DNA of 64,000 nucleotides from Candidatus Bathyarchaeia archaeon (GTDB lineage Archaea > Thermoproteota > Bathyarchaeia > Bathyarchaeales > Bathycorpusculaceae): the NCBI GenBank assembly GCA_038883855.1, contig JAVZLH010000003.1:40210-104209 (forward strand), written 5' to 3'. The translations under genes and the position numbers were made by a program. The notes under the pieces are model-generated. The model was not told the DNA's origin, made no database searches, and saw only the letters and a list, made by a program, of their open reading frames with translations. Each line of letters opens with the position of its first letter. Positions within the stretch are counted from its first letter, which is position 1. This document shows positions 1-10,299 of the stretch, one piece after another.

Positions 1-162
1 TCCGCGGACATGGTTTTCGCGAAGGGAATGGGCTATGCTGAAACCTTAACGGAATATCAGCTCAATAAGCCGCATGCCTTACTTTTTAGAACAAAATGCA
101 ATCCGGTGGCAAACTTTTTCGGCGTGCCAAGGAATAAAAATGTTGCAAAGTTGATGCCCTAA
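1..162 (+). CDS. 3' end of a DUF89/ARMT1-like damage-control phosphatase (truncated by window)
   Basis: Frame 1 reads SADMVFAKGMGYAETLTE...LLFRTKCNPVANFFGVP...*, matching the DUF89 C-terminal pattern (AKGMG..E; AKC.PVA..LGV). The TAA abuts the next ATG at 163. Not in the ORF track. Confidence 0.75.
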   Translation, partial: SADMVFAKGMGYAETLTEYQLNKPHALLFRTKCNPVANFFGVPRNKNVAKLMP

Positions 163-2244
163 ATGAGGCTGCCAACAATAAGTTTGCGTCAAGAAGAGCT
201 TTCCCGTTTTGATGAAGCAATCAGAAAAGAGTGGCTTCTGACAAATGGGTTGGGCGGCTTTGCTTCCTCAACCGTCTTGGGAATAAACATAAGAAAATAT
301 CATGGTTTGCTTGTTGCAGCGCTTAGCCCTCCCGGAGAGCGCAGAGTTTGCCTTGAAAAGTTGGATGAGGAAATATGTGTAGGCAATAATACTTATCCGC
401 TCGGCGCCAACGAGTTCAGAGATGGAATTTTTCCGCGAGGCTACCTTTTCTTGAAAGAGTTTGCCATTAATCCTTTCCCAAAATATGTTTATGATGTGGA
501 AAATGTTGAAGTTGAAAAGACAATTTTCATGCCTAAAGAAAAAAACGCTGTTATAGTATTCTACAAAGTAGAGAACAAAAACGATTCCACTGTGAAAGTG
601 CGGGTTTACCCGTTAATAAACTGCAGGCATTTTCACGCGGTCACAGACAAGTGGAAGAAATCGGTAGAATTTCTTCAGAAAAGAGAGGGTTATGTTGCAG
701 AGTTAAGTGTTCAGTTTCCCAAATTGGTTTTTGTAATGAGAGCTACTGATGGGAAATACTATATTAAGGGAAAGTGGATTGAAAACATTTATTACCGCGA
801 AGAGGCTTCACGGGGCGAAAGCTGTTTCGACGATGTTTTTCAGCCAGGATACTTTGAAATGGATGCTAAAGCTAAAAGAATGGATAAGTTTGCAGTTATG
901 GTTGCAGCTGACAAAAATGGCGAAAATGCTTTAAGGGTTTTTGATGAAGCCCCAACAACTTATGATGTTGAAAACGTTCTTAAGGATGAAACGGAACGGC
1001 GAGAAAATTTCCTAGCCAGGTTTTATGAAGTTAACCCTAAGCTTTATGCTGCTGAATGGTTGAACTGGGTTGTTCTGGCAACAGACGCTTTCGTAGTTAA
1101 GGGTTCAAGTGAACAGCAAAGGTTTGTGATTGCAGGATACCACTGGTTCGAGACTTGGGGGCGAGACACCTTTATTTCCCTGCCAGGGCTTATGCTTGTA
1201 ACTGGCAGGTTCGAAGATGCGCGGAGAAGTTTTCTAACATTTAAACAAGAGGTTAAAGACGGTTTAATTCCAAATTTTGTTCCAGACCAGCCGAACCAAC
1301 CCGCCTACAATTCTGTTGACGCTACGCTTTGGTATGTGAACGCTGTTTTGCAATACTTGAAATACACCGGCGACTTTAAGTTTGTCAAAGAACAACTCTG
1401 GAACGAGTTAAAGACAATCTTTGAAAGCCACGTTAAAGGAGCAGCATTTGACATTCGCGTTGACGGCGACTGTCTGCTTCATCACGGACCACAGTTGACA
1501 TGGATGGACGCCATTGTAGACGGAAAACCTGTGACTCCGAGGGCTGGAAAGGCTGTTGAGGTTCAAGCATTGTGGTATAACGCTTTAAAAACCATGCAGC
1601 TCTTGGCAAATAGGTTCGGCGAAAAAAACGAAGCTGAAAAATATCTTCGGCTGGCTGAAGGCGCACGGAAAGCCTTCGTGGAAAAGTTTTGGGATTCAGA
1701 AAAGAATTGTTTGTTTGATGTAATAGGCGAAGGTGAAAAAGACGCGTCTGTGAGACCTAATCAGATTATCGCAGTTTCTTTGGATTTCACGATGCTTGAC
1801 ATCGCCAAAAAGGAGAAAATTGTTGATGTTGTTCACCGTGAACTTTTAACGCCTTACGGCTTGAGGACACTTGCAAAAAGCGACCCAAAATATGTTGGAG
1901 TTTATGAGGGCGACCGAAGAAAACGAGACATTGCATATCACAATGGAACTGTTTGGGCTTGGCTGCTTGGACCCTTTACAACCGCCTTTTTGAAAACTAA
2001 GGGCTACGTGGAGCATAGACGTGAATACGCTTTAAAGAACTTCCTTCCGCCTCTTTTCACAGAACAAGTTTACAGGGCTGGTCTTGGAACGATAAGCGAA
2101 GTTTTTGATGGAGACCCCCCGCATATGCCAAGAGGATGCATAGCTCAAGCTTGGAGTGTTGCAGAACCGTTAAGGGCTTATGTGGAAGATGTGATGCAAA
2201 CGCGGCCAGCTCACGAAAAAGAAATTTTGCAAAGTTTAGGTTGA
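163..2244 (+). CDS. archaeal-type glycogen debranching enzyme (amylo-alpha-1,6-glucosidase)
   Basis: EWLLTNGLGGFAS N-terminus, AGYHWFETWGRDTFIS, YNSVDATLW, LTWMDA, YHNGTVW and QAWSVAE motifs. Confidence 0.92.
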   Translation: MRLPTISLRQEELSRFDEAIRKEWLLTNGLGGFASSTVLGINIRKYHGLLVAALSPPGERRVCLEKLDEEICVGNNTYPLGANEFRDGIFPRGYLFLKEFAINPFPKYVYDVENVEVEKTIFMPKEKNAVIVFYKVENKNDSTVKVRVYPLINCRHFHAVTDKWKKSVEFLQKREGYVAELSVQFPKLVFVMRATDGKYYIKGKWIENIYYREEASRGESCFDDVFQPGYFEMDAKAKRMDKFAVMVAADKNGENALRVFDEAPTTYDVENVLKDETERRENFLARFYEVNPKLYAAEWLNWVVLATDAFVVKGSSEQQRFVIAGYHWFETWGRDTFISLPGLMLVTGRFEDARRSFLTFKQEVKDGLIPNFVPDQPNQPAYNSVDATLWYVNAVLQYLKYTGDFKFVKEQLWNELKTIFESHVKGAAFDIRVDGDCLLHHGPQLTWMDAIVDGKPVTPRAGKAVEVQALWYNALKTMQLLANRFGEKNEAEKYLRLAEGARKAFVEKFWDSEKNCLFDVIGEGEKDASVRPNQIIAVSLDFTMLDIAKKEKIVDVVHRELLTPYGLRTLAKSDPKYVGVYEGDRRKRDIAYHNGTVWAWLLGPFTTAFLKTKGYVEHRREYALKNFLPPLFTEQVYRAGLGTISEVFDGDPPHMPRGCIAQAWSVAEPLRAYVEDVMQTRPAHEKEILQSLG

Positions 2245-3273
2245 AACTGCTTTTCTCATGGTTTCTGCTGCTGTTTCTGGTGTGACGGTGTTTATGTATA
2301 CGCCTGTGCTTTTTTCGAAGCCTGCCCAAATGGCAAGTTTTGGGTAAACCTCCAAATGCCAATGGTAATGTTCGCGTGCATCTTTATTCACAACCGTGTG
2401 AAAACCGTAATTGTAGGGCGGGTCATTAACTAGCTCCTTTAATGCTTTAAAACATGTTTTCATTGTTTCAGCGAAGGTTTTCACTTCGGCTTGCGTCATC
2501 TCAAGAAGCGTGATTTGATGTCTTTTTGGAATTATCCAGAATTCCATTGGGTTAACGCTTGCGTAGGGAGCAAAAACCACGAAATGCGAATTTTCTAGAA
2601 TGAGCCGTGGCCCTTCCCGTTCCTTCTCTAGGATTTCGCAGAATATGCATTTCCCGTTTTGTTTCCAGGACTTCTTGCTTGCTTCCAATTCTTCTTTCAC
2701 GAGCCGTGGGATGAAGGGAGTAGCGATTATTTGGCTGTGGGCGTGGGAAAGCGAAGCTCCAGCTTCGAGACCGTGGTTGCGGAATATAGACACGTAACGC
2801 ACATAGGGCTTCGATGAAAGTTCGCGTAATCTATCCAAATAGGCGTTTATAACGTGCACAAGCTGCGGAATCTTAGCGTCTGAAGGATGCTCATCATGCA
2901 CAGGCGACTCTATCAGAACTTCATGATGCCCAACAGCATCCGCCAAAACGCCGCCTTTCACACTTTGTTTTTTGCTGGTTTTCTCTTTCGGCGGAGTGAA
3001 AGCCGGAAAGAGATTCGGGAAACAGCGAATAACCCAGTTCTCATGTCTAAAACCGTTTTCATCTTTTGTTTTTTCAATTTTTCCGTCAGATTCAAGGTAA
3101 ACAAGAACAGCCGGCGGAGTCATGTGCTCGTTTCCAGGACAAAAGGGACAAACGCCGGTTCTGGTTTGGGTGATTTCTTTTTTGGCGAAGTCTGTTGGTC
3201 TGCGGCTGCGTTCAGTGGCTATGACAACCCAGCGATCAAGCAGATAATCTTTGCGAAGTTCGTTGTATGTCAT
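2236..3273 (-). CDS. galT: galactose-1-phosphate uridylyltransferase (HIT family)
   Basis: ELRKD..WVVIATERSRRP, CPFCPGNE and GASLSHAHSQ (HxH) motifs. Start set at ATG 3273 (MTYNELRK). Confidence 0.9.
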   Translation of the reverse strand: MTYNELRKDYLLDRWVVIATERSRRPTDFAKKEITQTRTGVCPFCPGNEHMTPPAVLVYLESDGKIEKTKDENGFRHENWVIRCFPNLFPAFTPPKEKTSKKQSVKGGVLADAVGHHEVLIESPVHDEHPSDAKIPQLVHVINAYLDRLRELSSKPYVRYVSIFRNHGLEAGASLSHAHSQIIATPFIPRLVKEELEASKKSWKQNGKCIFCEILEKEREGPRLILENSHFVVFAPYASVNPMEFWIIPKRHQITLLEMTQAEVKTFAETMKTCFKALKELVNDPPYNYGFHTVVNKDAREHYHWHLEVYPKLAIWAGFEKSTGVYINTVTPETAAETMRKAVST

Positions 3274-3544
3274 TTTGAATTCCAACAAGCATAGGATATG
3301 TTTTAACAAGATTTAGAGTTTTCCAACATTTTTTGGTTTGAAAAACAGCCAATACAGGATACCCCCCTCTAGATTTTCAGCATAAGCCGTCTTGTAAAGT
3401 CTAAAATGTAAATTTGAGGTTTGCAGTTAGTCCCTATCAACATCCTATGCACGCACAAAAGTGTTAACGAGACTTGATGGAAAGATGTTTGAAGTTATTG
3501 GAATAGTTCTAGTTACTACGGATGGATAAAAAGAAAGGAGGGTT

Positions 3545-3803
3545 GGCGATTTTAATTGTTCTATGAGCGTTCAAACTAAGATTTCTGGCGGCATCATGGT
3601 CTTTCGCATACAAGCTCCAGTAATCCACACCGTTTTCTGGCATGACGCCGCTCACAATGCCCTTCCCTTCTTATGTTTTCAGCGTCATGAACCCAAACAT
3701 ACCCGTTAGTATTAACATCCACATTCCGTCCAGCAGAGTCCCCCATTTCAAACCGGAATCCGCTTTCAGAAACTCCCCAAAGGAAGCTTTTAGGAAACCC
3801 CAA
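3545..3803 (-). pseudogene. GH1 beta-galactosidase/beta-glucosidase N-terminal remnant (frameshifted, truncated)
   Basis: FPKSFLWGVSESGFRFEMG..VWVHD, then after a frameshift near 3665 GIVSGVMPENGVDYWSLYAKDHDAARNLSLNAHR, resembling archaeal CelB/LacS N-termini. The rest of the gene is absent. Confidence 0.8.
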
Positions 3804-3843
3804 AGGTATCCTCCATAGCTATTATTGGCTTTCTAACTAAAAA

Positions 3844-4162
3844 GGCGGTGGGTCACTGAGGTTCAGCGCCCAGAATCCGCATAACCCCAAAGCCCTACAC
3901 TCGTACCTGCACCCCCTTGAGCGCCGAACGTCCAAGCTTAGGTTGCTCCCTCCCGGGCCTAGCCAGTTTCGCCTGGCAAACGTTGAAGACAGCTTCCCTA
4001 CGGAAGCCGCTCAACGACCGCCGACTCCAAGGGACAGGTAGTCTTCGCTTCGGGAGTAAGGGGTTTAAGCAGCCACGGGCGCCTCAGCCTCAGCTTTCGG
4101 CCCGTCGTATAGAGGGTTTACGGTTCAGGGGACCCCTAGCCCCCCGCCTAAGACCCACCGCC
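3844..4162 (-). ncRNA. ffs: archaeal signal recognition particle (7S) RNA
   Basis: GC-rich 319-nt segment closed by an 11-bp terminal helix (GGCGGTGGGTC/GACCCACCGCC). Contains a helix-8 motif CUAGGCCCGGGAGGGAGCAACC, a helix-6 GUAG tetraloop hairpin and an Alu-like 5' domain. Confidence 0.93.
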
Positions 4163-4187
4163 CAAAACATTCATGAGTCAACAAAAC

Positions 4188-4200
4188 CTATAAAAGTTTA
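4188..4200 (-). promoter_or_regulatory. BRE/TATA promoter of the SRP RNA
   Basis: TAAACTTTTATAG on the minus strand, with the TATA element about 26-33 nt upstream of the RNA 5' end. Confidence 0.6.
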
Positions 4201-4224
4201 TGTGCATTGTAGCTGTTGGACTGT

Positions 4225-4551
4225 TTAGATTTTTTTGAGAGAGTTGTCAAGCCACTCCATATAAGCCTTATAGCCTTTTACAACAGGCAAAGCAATGATT
4301 TCTGGAACCTCATAACTGTGTAAAGTCTTAACCCGCTTAGACAATTCATCAAACAAGTTTTCGCGAGATTTCATTAAAAGAACGTATTCCTCTGCCCTAT
4401 CAATTTTTCCAGTCCACCAGAAAAGTGAGTGCACGGGACCTATTATGTTGGCGCACGCAATTAACCTTTCATTTAGTAGGCTATTGGCGATTTTCTCGGC
4501 TTCTTCCTTGCTTGATGTTGTCACTAAAACAACTATGTGGGTCTTCGTCAA
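4225..4551 (-). CDS. cutA: divalent-cation tolerance protein CutA
   Basis: VVLVTT..EEAEKIA..LL.ERLIACANI, SLFWW.GKI and LHSYEVPEIIAL. Confidence 0.92.
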   Translation of the reverse strand: MTKTHIVVLVTTSSKEEAEKIANSLLNERLIACANIIGPVHSLFWWTGKIDRAEEYVLLMKSRENLFDELSKRVKTLHSYEVPEIIALPVVKGYKAYMEWLDNSLKKI

Positions 4552-4906
4552 GAATTAGCACTCTCCAAGTAAGCCTGTGCAACAGTCAAGCTTATCTTGA
4601 TTAGCGAGAAAATGTTTAAACTTTACTAGCTGAGGGTTTTCGCGTTTTAGGTTTCGAGAGGTTGGTAAGGCATAATAAACAACGCTTTGTGTCCTTACCC
4701 CGCGTTCTGTTGGCGGCATAACCCAATTAGGCGGCACCATCAATCCACACCTTAAGATGCCCAGAATTTAAGAAAAAGGAAGAATAGCGGAGAATGCTAA
4801 AACCTAGCTAAAAACAGTTTATGGCTGGTCGGCATCAGCGATGACGTTTCATTTAGAAAGCCTAGAACTTAGCAGAGAAAGGAGGAAGTTAACCTATTTT
4901 CTTCTT

Positions 4907-5936
4907 TCAGCCGAAGAACACGCTTGCCATGTTGTAAAGCTCCAAATCCACAGTTTTACGCTTGCCAACGACATCGTTTAAAGGAACTGAAACTATCCTG
5001 TTCCCTTGAAGAGCAACCATAAACCCAAACTTTCCTTCGTGGACAAGGTCGATGGCTGCCACTCCGAATCTTGTGGCCAATATTCTGTCAAATGGTGTTG
5101 GAGAGCCTCCGCGTTGCAGATGCCCCAAAACAACAACCCGCGTTTCTATGCCTGTGCGTTTCTCAATTTCCTTTCCGAGATAGTAGCCGATTCCACCGAG
5201 GCTTATGTGACCGAACTCGTCTATGCTCTCGCTGTAAACAACTTCCGTTCCGCCTTTCGGCTTGGCACCTTCAGCCACAACAATTAAGCTGAAGTTTCTA
5301 CCCCGTTTCTGCCTACGCCTAATGTATTCACAAACTTCTTCTATGTCGAAGGGCTTCTCTGGAATCAAAATCACGTCTGCACCGCCAGCAAGCCCAGTCT
5401 TTAGGGCGATGTGACTCGTGTATCTTCCCATAACCTCTAGAATCATAACCCTATTATGGGCTTCTGCTGTGGAATGAAGCCTGTCAAGGGCTTCAGCGGC
5501 TATGGTAACAGCCGTATTGAAACCAAAAGTGTAGTCTGTGCCAACCAAATCATTATCAATGGTTTTTGGGACGCCGACGCATTTCAGTCCAAAATCACCC
5601 ATTTTGTGGGCTACGCTTAAAGTGTCGTCGCCCCCTATGGTGATAACGGCCTCCAGCCCAGCAGCTTTAGCGTTTTCAACAATTTTTTCTGGTCCCTTTT
5701 CGCGTTTTGAAAGGATTTGTTCTCGAAGTTCCAAGGATGGAGCCTCCGCGGGGAAGGATGCCTGAAACAGCGTCTAAATCTAACTTTTGAAACTTACTTT
5801 CAAGTAGCCCGCGCCACCCATCCCTTATGCCGACAATCTCATCATTGTAGCATTGAATTCCCTTTCTTACAACAGCACGTATAACTGCGTTGATTCCAGG
5901 CGCGTCTCCGCCGCCGCTTAAAATTCCAACTTTCAT
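4907..5936 (-). pseudogene. pfk: 6-phosphofructokinase, PPi-type signature (group III), split by a 1-nt insertion
   Basis: N-part GILSGGGDAPGINA..GGSILGTSRTNPF and C-part GGDDT, PKTIDND, EVMGR, LGHLQRGG. Removing one base from the T4 run at 5705-5708 restores one ORF. GGDD plus PKTIDND is the PPi-specific signature. Confidence 0.85.
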
Positions 5937-6795
5937 TCAGGGCATCCTCCTCAAGCTTTCCTGAACTTCCAAACTCTTTCGGCGAGTTTGCCAGAACTTC
6001 GCGGACGGCTGCTGTGAAGGCAAGTCGCAAGTCAGTGTCAATGTTAATCTTTGAGATTCCCATGGAAATCGCCTTTTTTATATGTTCTTCCGGTATCCCC
6101 TTAGCCCCAGAAAGTTCAGCGCCATATTTTGTGGCTTTTTCAATTATCCACGCTGGCACGCTTGAAGCACCATGCAAAACAAGAGGTATATCAACCTTTT
6201 TAGCTATTAGCTTCAATCTTTCGAAGTCAAGCTTGGCTTCGCCCTTAAACTTGTAGGCGCCGTGGGAAGTGCCTATGGCAACAGCCAAAGCGTCAACGCC
6301 AGTTCGCTTAACGAATTCTTCCGCCGCATCTGGGTCTGTTAGAATGGCTTCTTTCTCTTCAACAGTTTTCTCCTCAACGCCAGCAAGCCTTCCAAGCTCA
6401 GCCTCAACAGAAACACCTTTAGAATGGGCAAGGTCAACAACACGCTTTGTAAGGGCAATGTTTTCCTCAAAACTTAGAAAGGAACCATCAATCATGACCG
6501 AAGTGAAGCCCGCTTCTATACATTTGGAAACTGTTTCAAAGTCTTCGCCGTGGTCAAGATGCAGGGACATGGGCACTGGTGTGTTTTCCGCTGCTGTCCT
6601 AACAATTTTTACTAAGTAAGCTAAACCAGCGTATTTTATGGCGCTCGGCGTGACTGCAACTATAACTGGAGACTTTTCTTCAACAGCAGCTTCCGTAACC
6701 GCTAAGAAACTTTCAAGGTTTTGAATGTTGAAGGCGCCGACTGCGTAACTATTTTTTCTCGCAGGTAAAAGTAGTTCACGGTTTGTTACAAGCAT
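5842..6795 (-). CDS. fba: class II fructose-1,6-bisphosphate aldolase (C-terminus apparently damaged)
   Basis: YAVGAFN, LHLDHG, SVMIDGS, AIGTSHGAYK, LVLHGAS and KINIDTD motifs. The last helix is missing and the ORF reads into pfk (see findings). Confidence 0.88.
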   Translation of the reverse strand: MLVTNRELLLPARKNSYAVGAFNIQNLESFLAVTEAAVEEKSPVIVAVTPSAIKYAGLAYLVKIVRTAAENTPVPMSLHLDHGEDFETVSKCIEAGFTSVMIDGSFLSFEENIALTKRVVDLAHSKGVSVEAELGRLAGVEEKTVEEKEAILTDPDAAEEFVKRTGVDALAVAIGTSHGAYKFKGEAKLDFERLKLIAKKVDIPLVLHGASSVPAWIIEKATKYGAELSGAKGIPEEHIKKAISMGISKINIDTDLRLAFTAAVREVLANSPKEFGSSGKLEEDALNESWNFKRRRRRAWNQRSYTCCCKKGNSMLQ

Positions 6796-6807
6796 AGTTT
6801 CCCTTTC

Positions 6808-7056
6808 TTATAATATTAATTCAATTAAAATACTTAGAATCTTCTGATCTAAAACAACTTGTTCTTCGTCAATATCAACTAAAGGCAAGTTCATCTTAGT
6901 TAAGGGATAGGGTGTGATTTCAAAATCATATATTCTTCTAGGTCCTGCGTCTTTAGGCTGTTTCAGTTCAAGAAACGCCGGTAGAAGCATGATGAGAATA
7001 AATGTGGATATCTCCAGAAAGAGCATAAGCATTGTTGAAGTCGGATTCGGAGTCAT
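6808..7056 (-). CDS. small hypothetical membrane protein
   Basis: One hydrophobic segment followed by LPAFLELKQPKDAGPRRI; co-oriented with the GT2 gene. Confidence 0.5.
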   Translation of the reverse strand: MTPNPTSTMLMLFLEISTFILIMLLPAFLELKQPKDAGPRRIYDFEITPYPLTKMNLPLVDIDEEQVVLDQKILSILIELIL

Positions 7057-7072
7057 CCTTCAGACAATTGCC

Positions 7073-8356
7073 CTAATTCATAATATAACAGTTTCCATTT
7101 CCAGAATGGGGGGTTACTCCAGCAGTAGTTACCCTTTCTTTTAAAGATTTTAGAAAACAATATGTCAACAAACGCTATTAGGCATATGCACATGTTGTAT
7201 ACAAAATATAAAGATCATCAATGGAATTAGCCATTGGGCTCTTCTTCGGTTGTCTAAATAAGCGCCAATTCCAACTTCAAAAAAGGGTGCAAAGTTGCCT
7301 ATAAAGCTGTATAGAAAAACTGGGATGAAAGCCCAAAGGGCTGTTAGCCATTGAGAGGATTTCAAAAGTAAAAGCGGAATTCCCACAACCCAAGAAAGCA
7401 TGACCAGAAGAGGCATAATATATATAACAAGAGTAAGCCGTCAATTTTCTCTTTAAGTTTTAGGTTGCTGCTCTTTAAAACTTTAAAAGAATGCTTTATT
7501 GCGCATTGCATATGCCCTTTAGCCCACTTGTACCTTTGCCTCCAGTAGGTACGCCAGTTCTCAACAGCTTCTTCGTAGCATTCGGCATCGTTAACATACC
7601 GAATCTTATAGCCAGCAAGATAAACACGAAAAGTTAAGTCGGTGTCCTCAGCCAAAACGGATTCATCCCATCCTCCTAAAGACCTTAATAGGTCGTGTCT
7701 GAAGCCTCCAACTGTTCCGCCGAACTGCGGTATAAGCCCGAGAATATCCCGCGCATTCTGGTCAACAAGATATCCGCCTATCCTTTCAAGCGCTACAAGT
7801 CTTGTAACCACGTTTTGGGGGTTCATTCAACACAATAATTCTGCCTTGAACAGCTCCAACTTTTGGGTCTGCAAACTCTCTCGTGAGTTTTTTCCAAAAT
7901 GTCTCTTTGAGGGTAATAATCCGCATCAAAACACATGATGATTTCATGTTTAGCGTGTTTAAGTCCAGCGTTAAGTGCAGAGGCTTTACCTCGACCTCCT
8001 TCATGTTGATTTCTATGCACCACATTGATGAAGTTATATTTCTTTGAGTATTCTTCTGCAATTTGTCCGGTGGCATCTGTTGAAGCATCATTAATGGCTA
8101 TAACTTGTAATTTGTCTTTTGGATACGTCAGCTCGGTCATCCTTTTGAGAATTCTTCCAATAACTTTTTCCTCGTTTAGCGCAGGGATTAAAATGGAAAC
8201 AGTGGGCTGACAGATAGTGTCTACAACATTAGTACCTTTTTTATTTTTACCCGTATTCTTAATAACAGTTATAACAAAAATGTAGTGTCTGACGAGAGAG
8301 GCAACCATTAAGACTACTAAAATGACGAATACTGCTTCTAAAAATTCAATAAGCAT
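7073..8356 (-). pseudogene. family 2 glycosyltransferase (cellulose/PNAG synthase-like), multiply frameshifted
   Basis: Consecutive ORF pieces give VSILIPALNEE, NDASTD, GKASALN, FDAD, AEDTDL and RQRYKW (QxxRW-like), then TM helices and a terminal TPHSGNGNCYIMN*. Shifts occur at T6 7888-7893, G5 7817-7821, the TA repeat near 7420, and further sites near 7205 and 7115. Confidence 0.85.
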
Positions 8357-8763
8357 GCTTATGCCTCAGATTCTCCCTTGAAACGGCAAAAATGGTTAGA
8401 CTCACAGACCAAAAGGAGACAAACCATATGAGATTTAAAAACGGATTGAGAATCATGTATAGCACCTCAAAAGAGCTAAAAAAAGTATTCAGCGGCAGCG
8501 ACAGCAAACATAATAAAGAGGCTATTCCAAATCAAGCAAATAACATTTCCCAATAACAACATGCACAGTTTCTTTGTCAATGTCCCATCCAGAGGAAAGG
8601 TGAGAAGGGTGTAAAGGATGTTGAAGATTAAGAGCGTGGATGTCAATTCGGTGCTTGTGCGAAAGAAAAATGAGAGTGCAAATGAAACCATTATTCCGAC
8701 AAAAATGCCAAACGTTAAATGGTCTGTTCTGAAACCGCCTTTCTTCATTTTCATTTGCAACAC
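8346..8763 (-). pseudogene. hypothetical membrane protein, frameshifted at an A7 run
   Basis: Removing one base from A7 (8478-8484) extends the hydrophobic ORF (SSFEVLYMILNPFLNLIWFVSFWSVSLTIF...) to a TGA overlapping the GT2 start. Confidence 0.6.
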
Positions 8764-8848
8764 GACTTCCAGAGCTTTGTTATAGAAGATTATATAAAAA
8801 GCTTATACAGAAACCTTAAAATTTACGCAAAAACACGCGATCAAAATG

Positions 8849-9463
8849 CTAAGTTGTCTCCGACTTAAGCACGATGCTGTCTATCACTTTGCATAGAACT
8901 TGAAAAACTTCTTCGGGTGTCAAGTTATCAGTGTCCAAAACTAGGTGAAAGGGCGAAAAATCTTCCCCGAGGTCGAAACCGTAAAGCTTTTTGTAAATGT
9001 TTTTTGTTCCCTCTTCTTTTCTTTTTATGGCCTCTAAGGCTTCTTGAACAGTCACGCCATCCCTTTTAGCTATTCTCTCTGCTCTCTTCTGAAGGGAGGC
9101 TTCAAGCCATATTTTGAAACCCTTCTTTAAAAGCCAAGGCATAGCCCAACTGTCTAAAACTACATTTCCTTGCTGTGCTAGCTCCATCAGTTTTTTGTCA
9201 ACTGCTTCATCAAATTTTGGGTTATTTTCCCTTTCTTTTATAAAACGTATGCCTTCTTCGCTTTCCCACCATCCGCGTTTAAAAGGCTCGTGGCCTTTTT
9301 CCGCAGCTAGTTCTTTCAGCGCTTCGCCGCCAGAATAGTATTTCAGTCCATATCTTTCTGCAAGCTTTTTAGCTACAGTGCTTTTTCCACTCCCAGCCAT
9401 CCCTGAAATGCAAATGACAAGCGGTTCTTTGGTTGCTTTTCTGGATTTTCCATCAACAGTCAT
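8849..9463 (-). CDS. cmk: cytidylate kinase (archaeal type)
   Basis: ICISGMAGSGKST P-loop, RAERIAKRD, and position after rpl34e. Confidence 0.88.
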   Translation of the reverse strand: MTVDGKSRKATKEPLVICISGMAGSGKSTVAKKLAERYGLKYYSGGEALKELAAEKGHEPFKRGWWESEEGIRFIKERENNPKFDEAVDKKLMELAQQGNVVLDSWAMPWLLKKGFKIWLEASLQKRAERIAKRDGVTVQEALEAIKRKEEGTKNIYKKLYGFDLGEDFSPFHLVLDTDNLTPEEVFQVLCKVIDSIVLKSETT

Positions 9464-9481
9464 CAGTGTTCCTCAATTGTT

Positions 9482-9751
9482 TTACATTGTTCTCGCCGTT
9501 TGCTTTAAAGCGTTTTTTAGGCAGTTATGACAAACTTGCCCAGCATAAGGACGCCAAACTCTTCTTCTGCTTAGGTTTTGCTTGCTTGTTTCCGACGAAG
9601 TTAAACGTGGAAATCCCGCTATTGGCTTGCCGCACAGAAAACACGAAGGACCTCGTGGTTTTTCCTTTTTAAAGTATACTTTGTTTTCCCCGCCAGGCAA
9701 GGATTTTTCTATGCGCCTTCTGCTTCTTGTGCGTAAATGAGGTTGCGGCAA
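9482..9751 (-). CDS. rpl34e: 50S ribosomal protein L34e
   Basis: MPQPHLRTRS..LPGG, CxxC, RPYAGQVCHNC. Confidence 0.92.
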   Translation of the reverse strand: MPQPHLRTRSRRRIEKSLPGGENKVYFKKEKPRGPSCFLCGKPIAGFPRLTSSETSKQNLSRRRVWRPYAGQVCHNCLKNALKQTARTM

Positions 9752-9763
9752 ACTCTCATCCTC

Positions 9764-10210
9764 CTATTCAATGGGCAACATACCCAAAAGTCTAGAGGAA
9801 AGTACTCCAAAAAGCAAGGAACAAATCATGTACCAGTAAATGAATGGTATTCCGCCGATTCCAGGTATATATGCAACATTTCCGCTATACATAGGCATTA
9901 ATATTGGCCAAATTATGAAGTAAATTGGATAAATTCCGAATAAAACTAGTTGCGGTTTAAGTAATTTCTTTTGCATATTCATAATCTGTGGTTCTTTCTT
10001 TTTTATTTTCTCCATTAGCTTCTTGTCCTTTGTGCGCATTGCTTGAGTCAATTGAGCTTGGTATTCAGCGATTTCTTTTTGCATCATCCTATATTGCTTC
10101 CAGCCAACAAACCTGCTTATCAAGAGGCGGTTAAGGGAAGACACTGCAAAGGAAATAGCTAGACTGATTAACATAACCTCTATTGTAGCCATGGGTATTC
10201 CAGTACTCAT
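9764..10210 (-). CDS. EMC3/TMCO1 family membrane protein (DUF106)
   Basis: TM, coiled coil, TM architecture with WYMICS motif; conserved position between secY and rpl34e. Confidence 0.85.
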   Translation of the reverse strand: MSTGIPMATIEVMLISLAISFAVSSLNRLLISRFVGWKQYRMMQKEIAEYQAQLTQAMRTKDKKLMEKIKKKEPQIMNMQKKLLKPQLVLFGIYPIYFIIWPILMPMYSGNVAYIPGIGGIPFIYWYMICSLLFGVLSSRLLGMLPIE

Positions 10211-10299
10211 GGTATTTCACCTTTCTGCGCATACAAACTTGCTTAATTGCTTTTGTTTAAGTCCAGTTAATAACTATTTTTGCTTCTAGGCTCACAGTT

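Noticed and set aside
3917-4228. 103-aa ORF on the + strand
   Set aside because: It is antisense to the GC-rich SRP RNA and has no protein-like motifs.
4555-4743. 62-aa ORF upstream of cutA
   Set aside because: No recognisable motif; coding status cannot be supported.
5690-5720. Programmed frameshift in pfk
   Set aside because: It needs a +1 correction, has no recognisable recoding signal, and sits among many similar indels in neighbouring genes.
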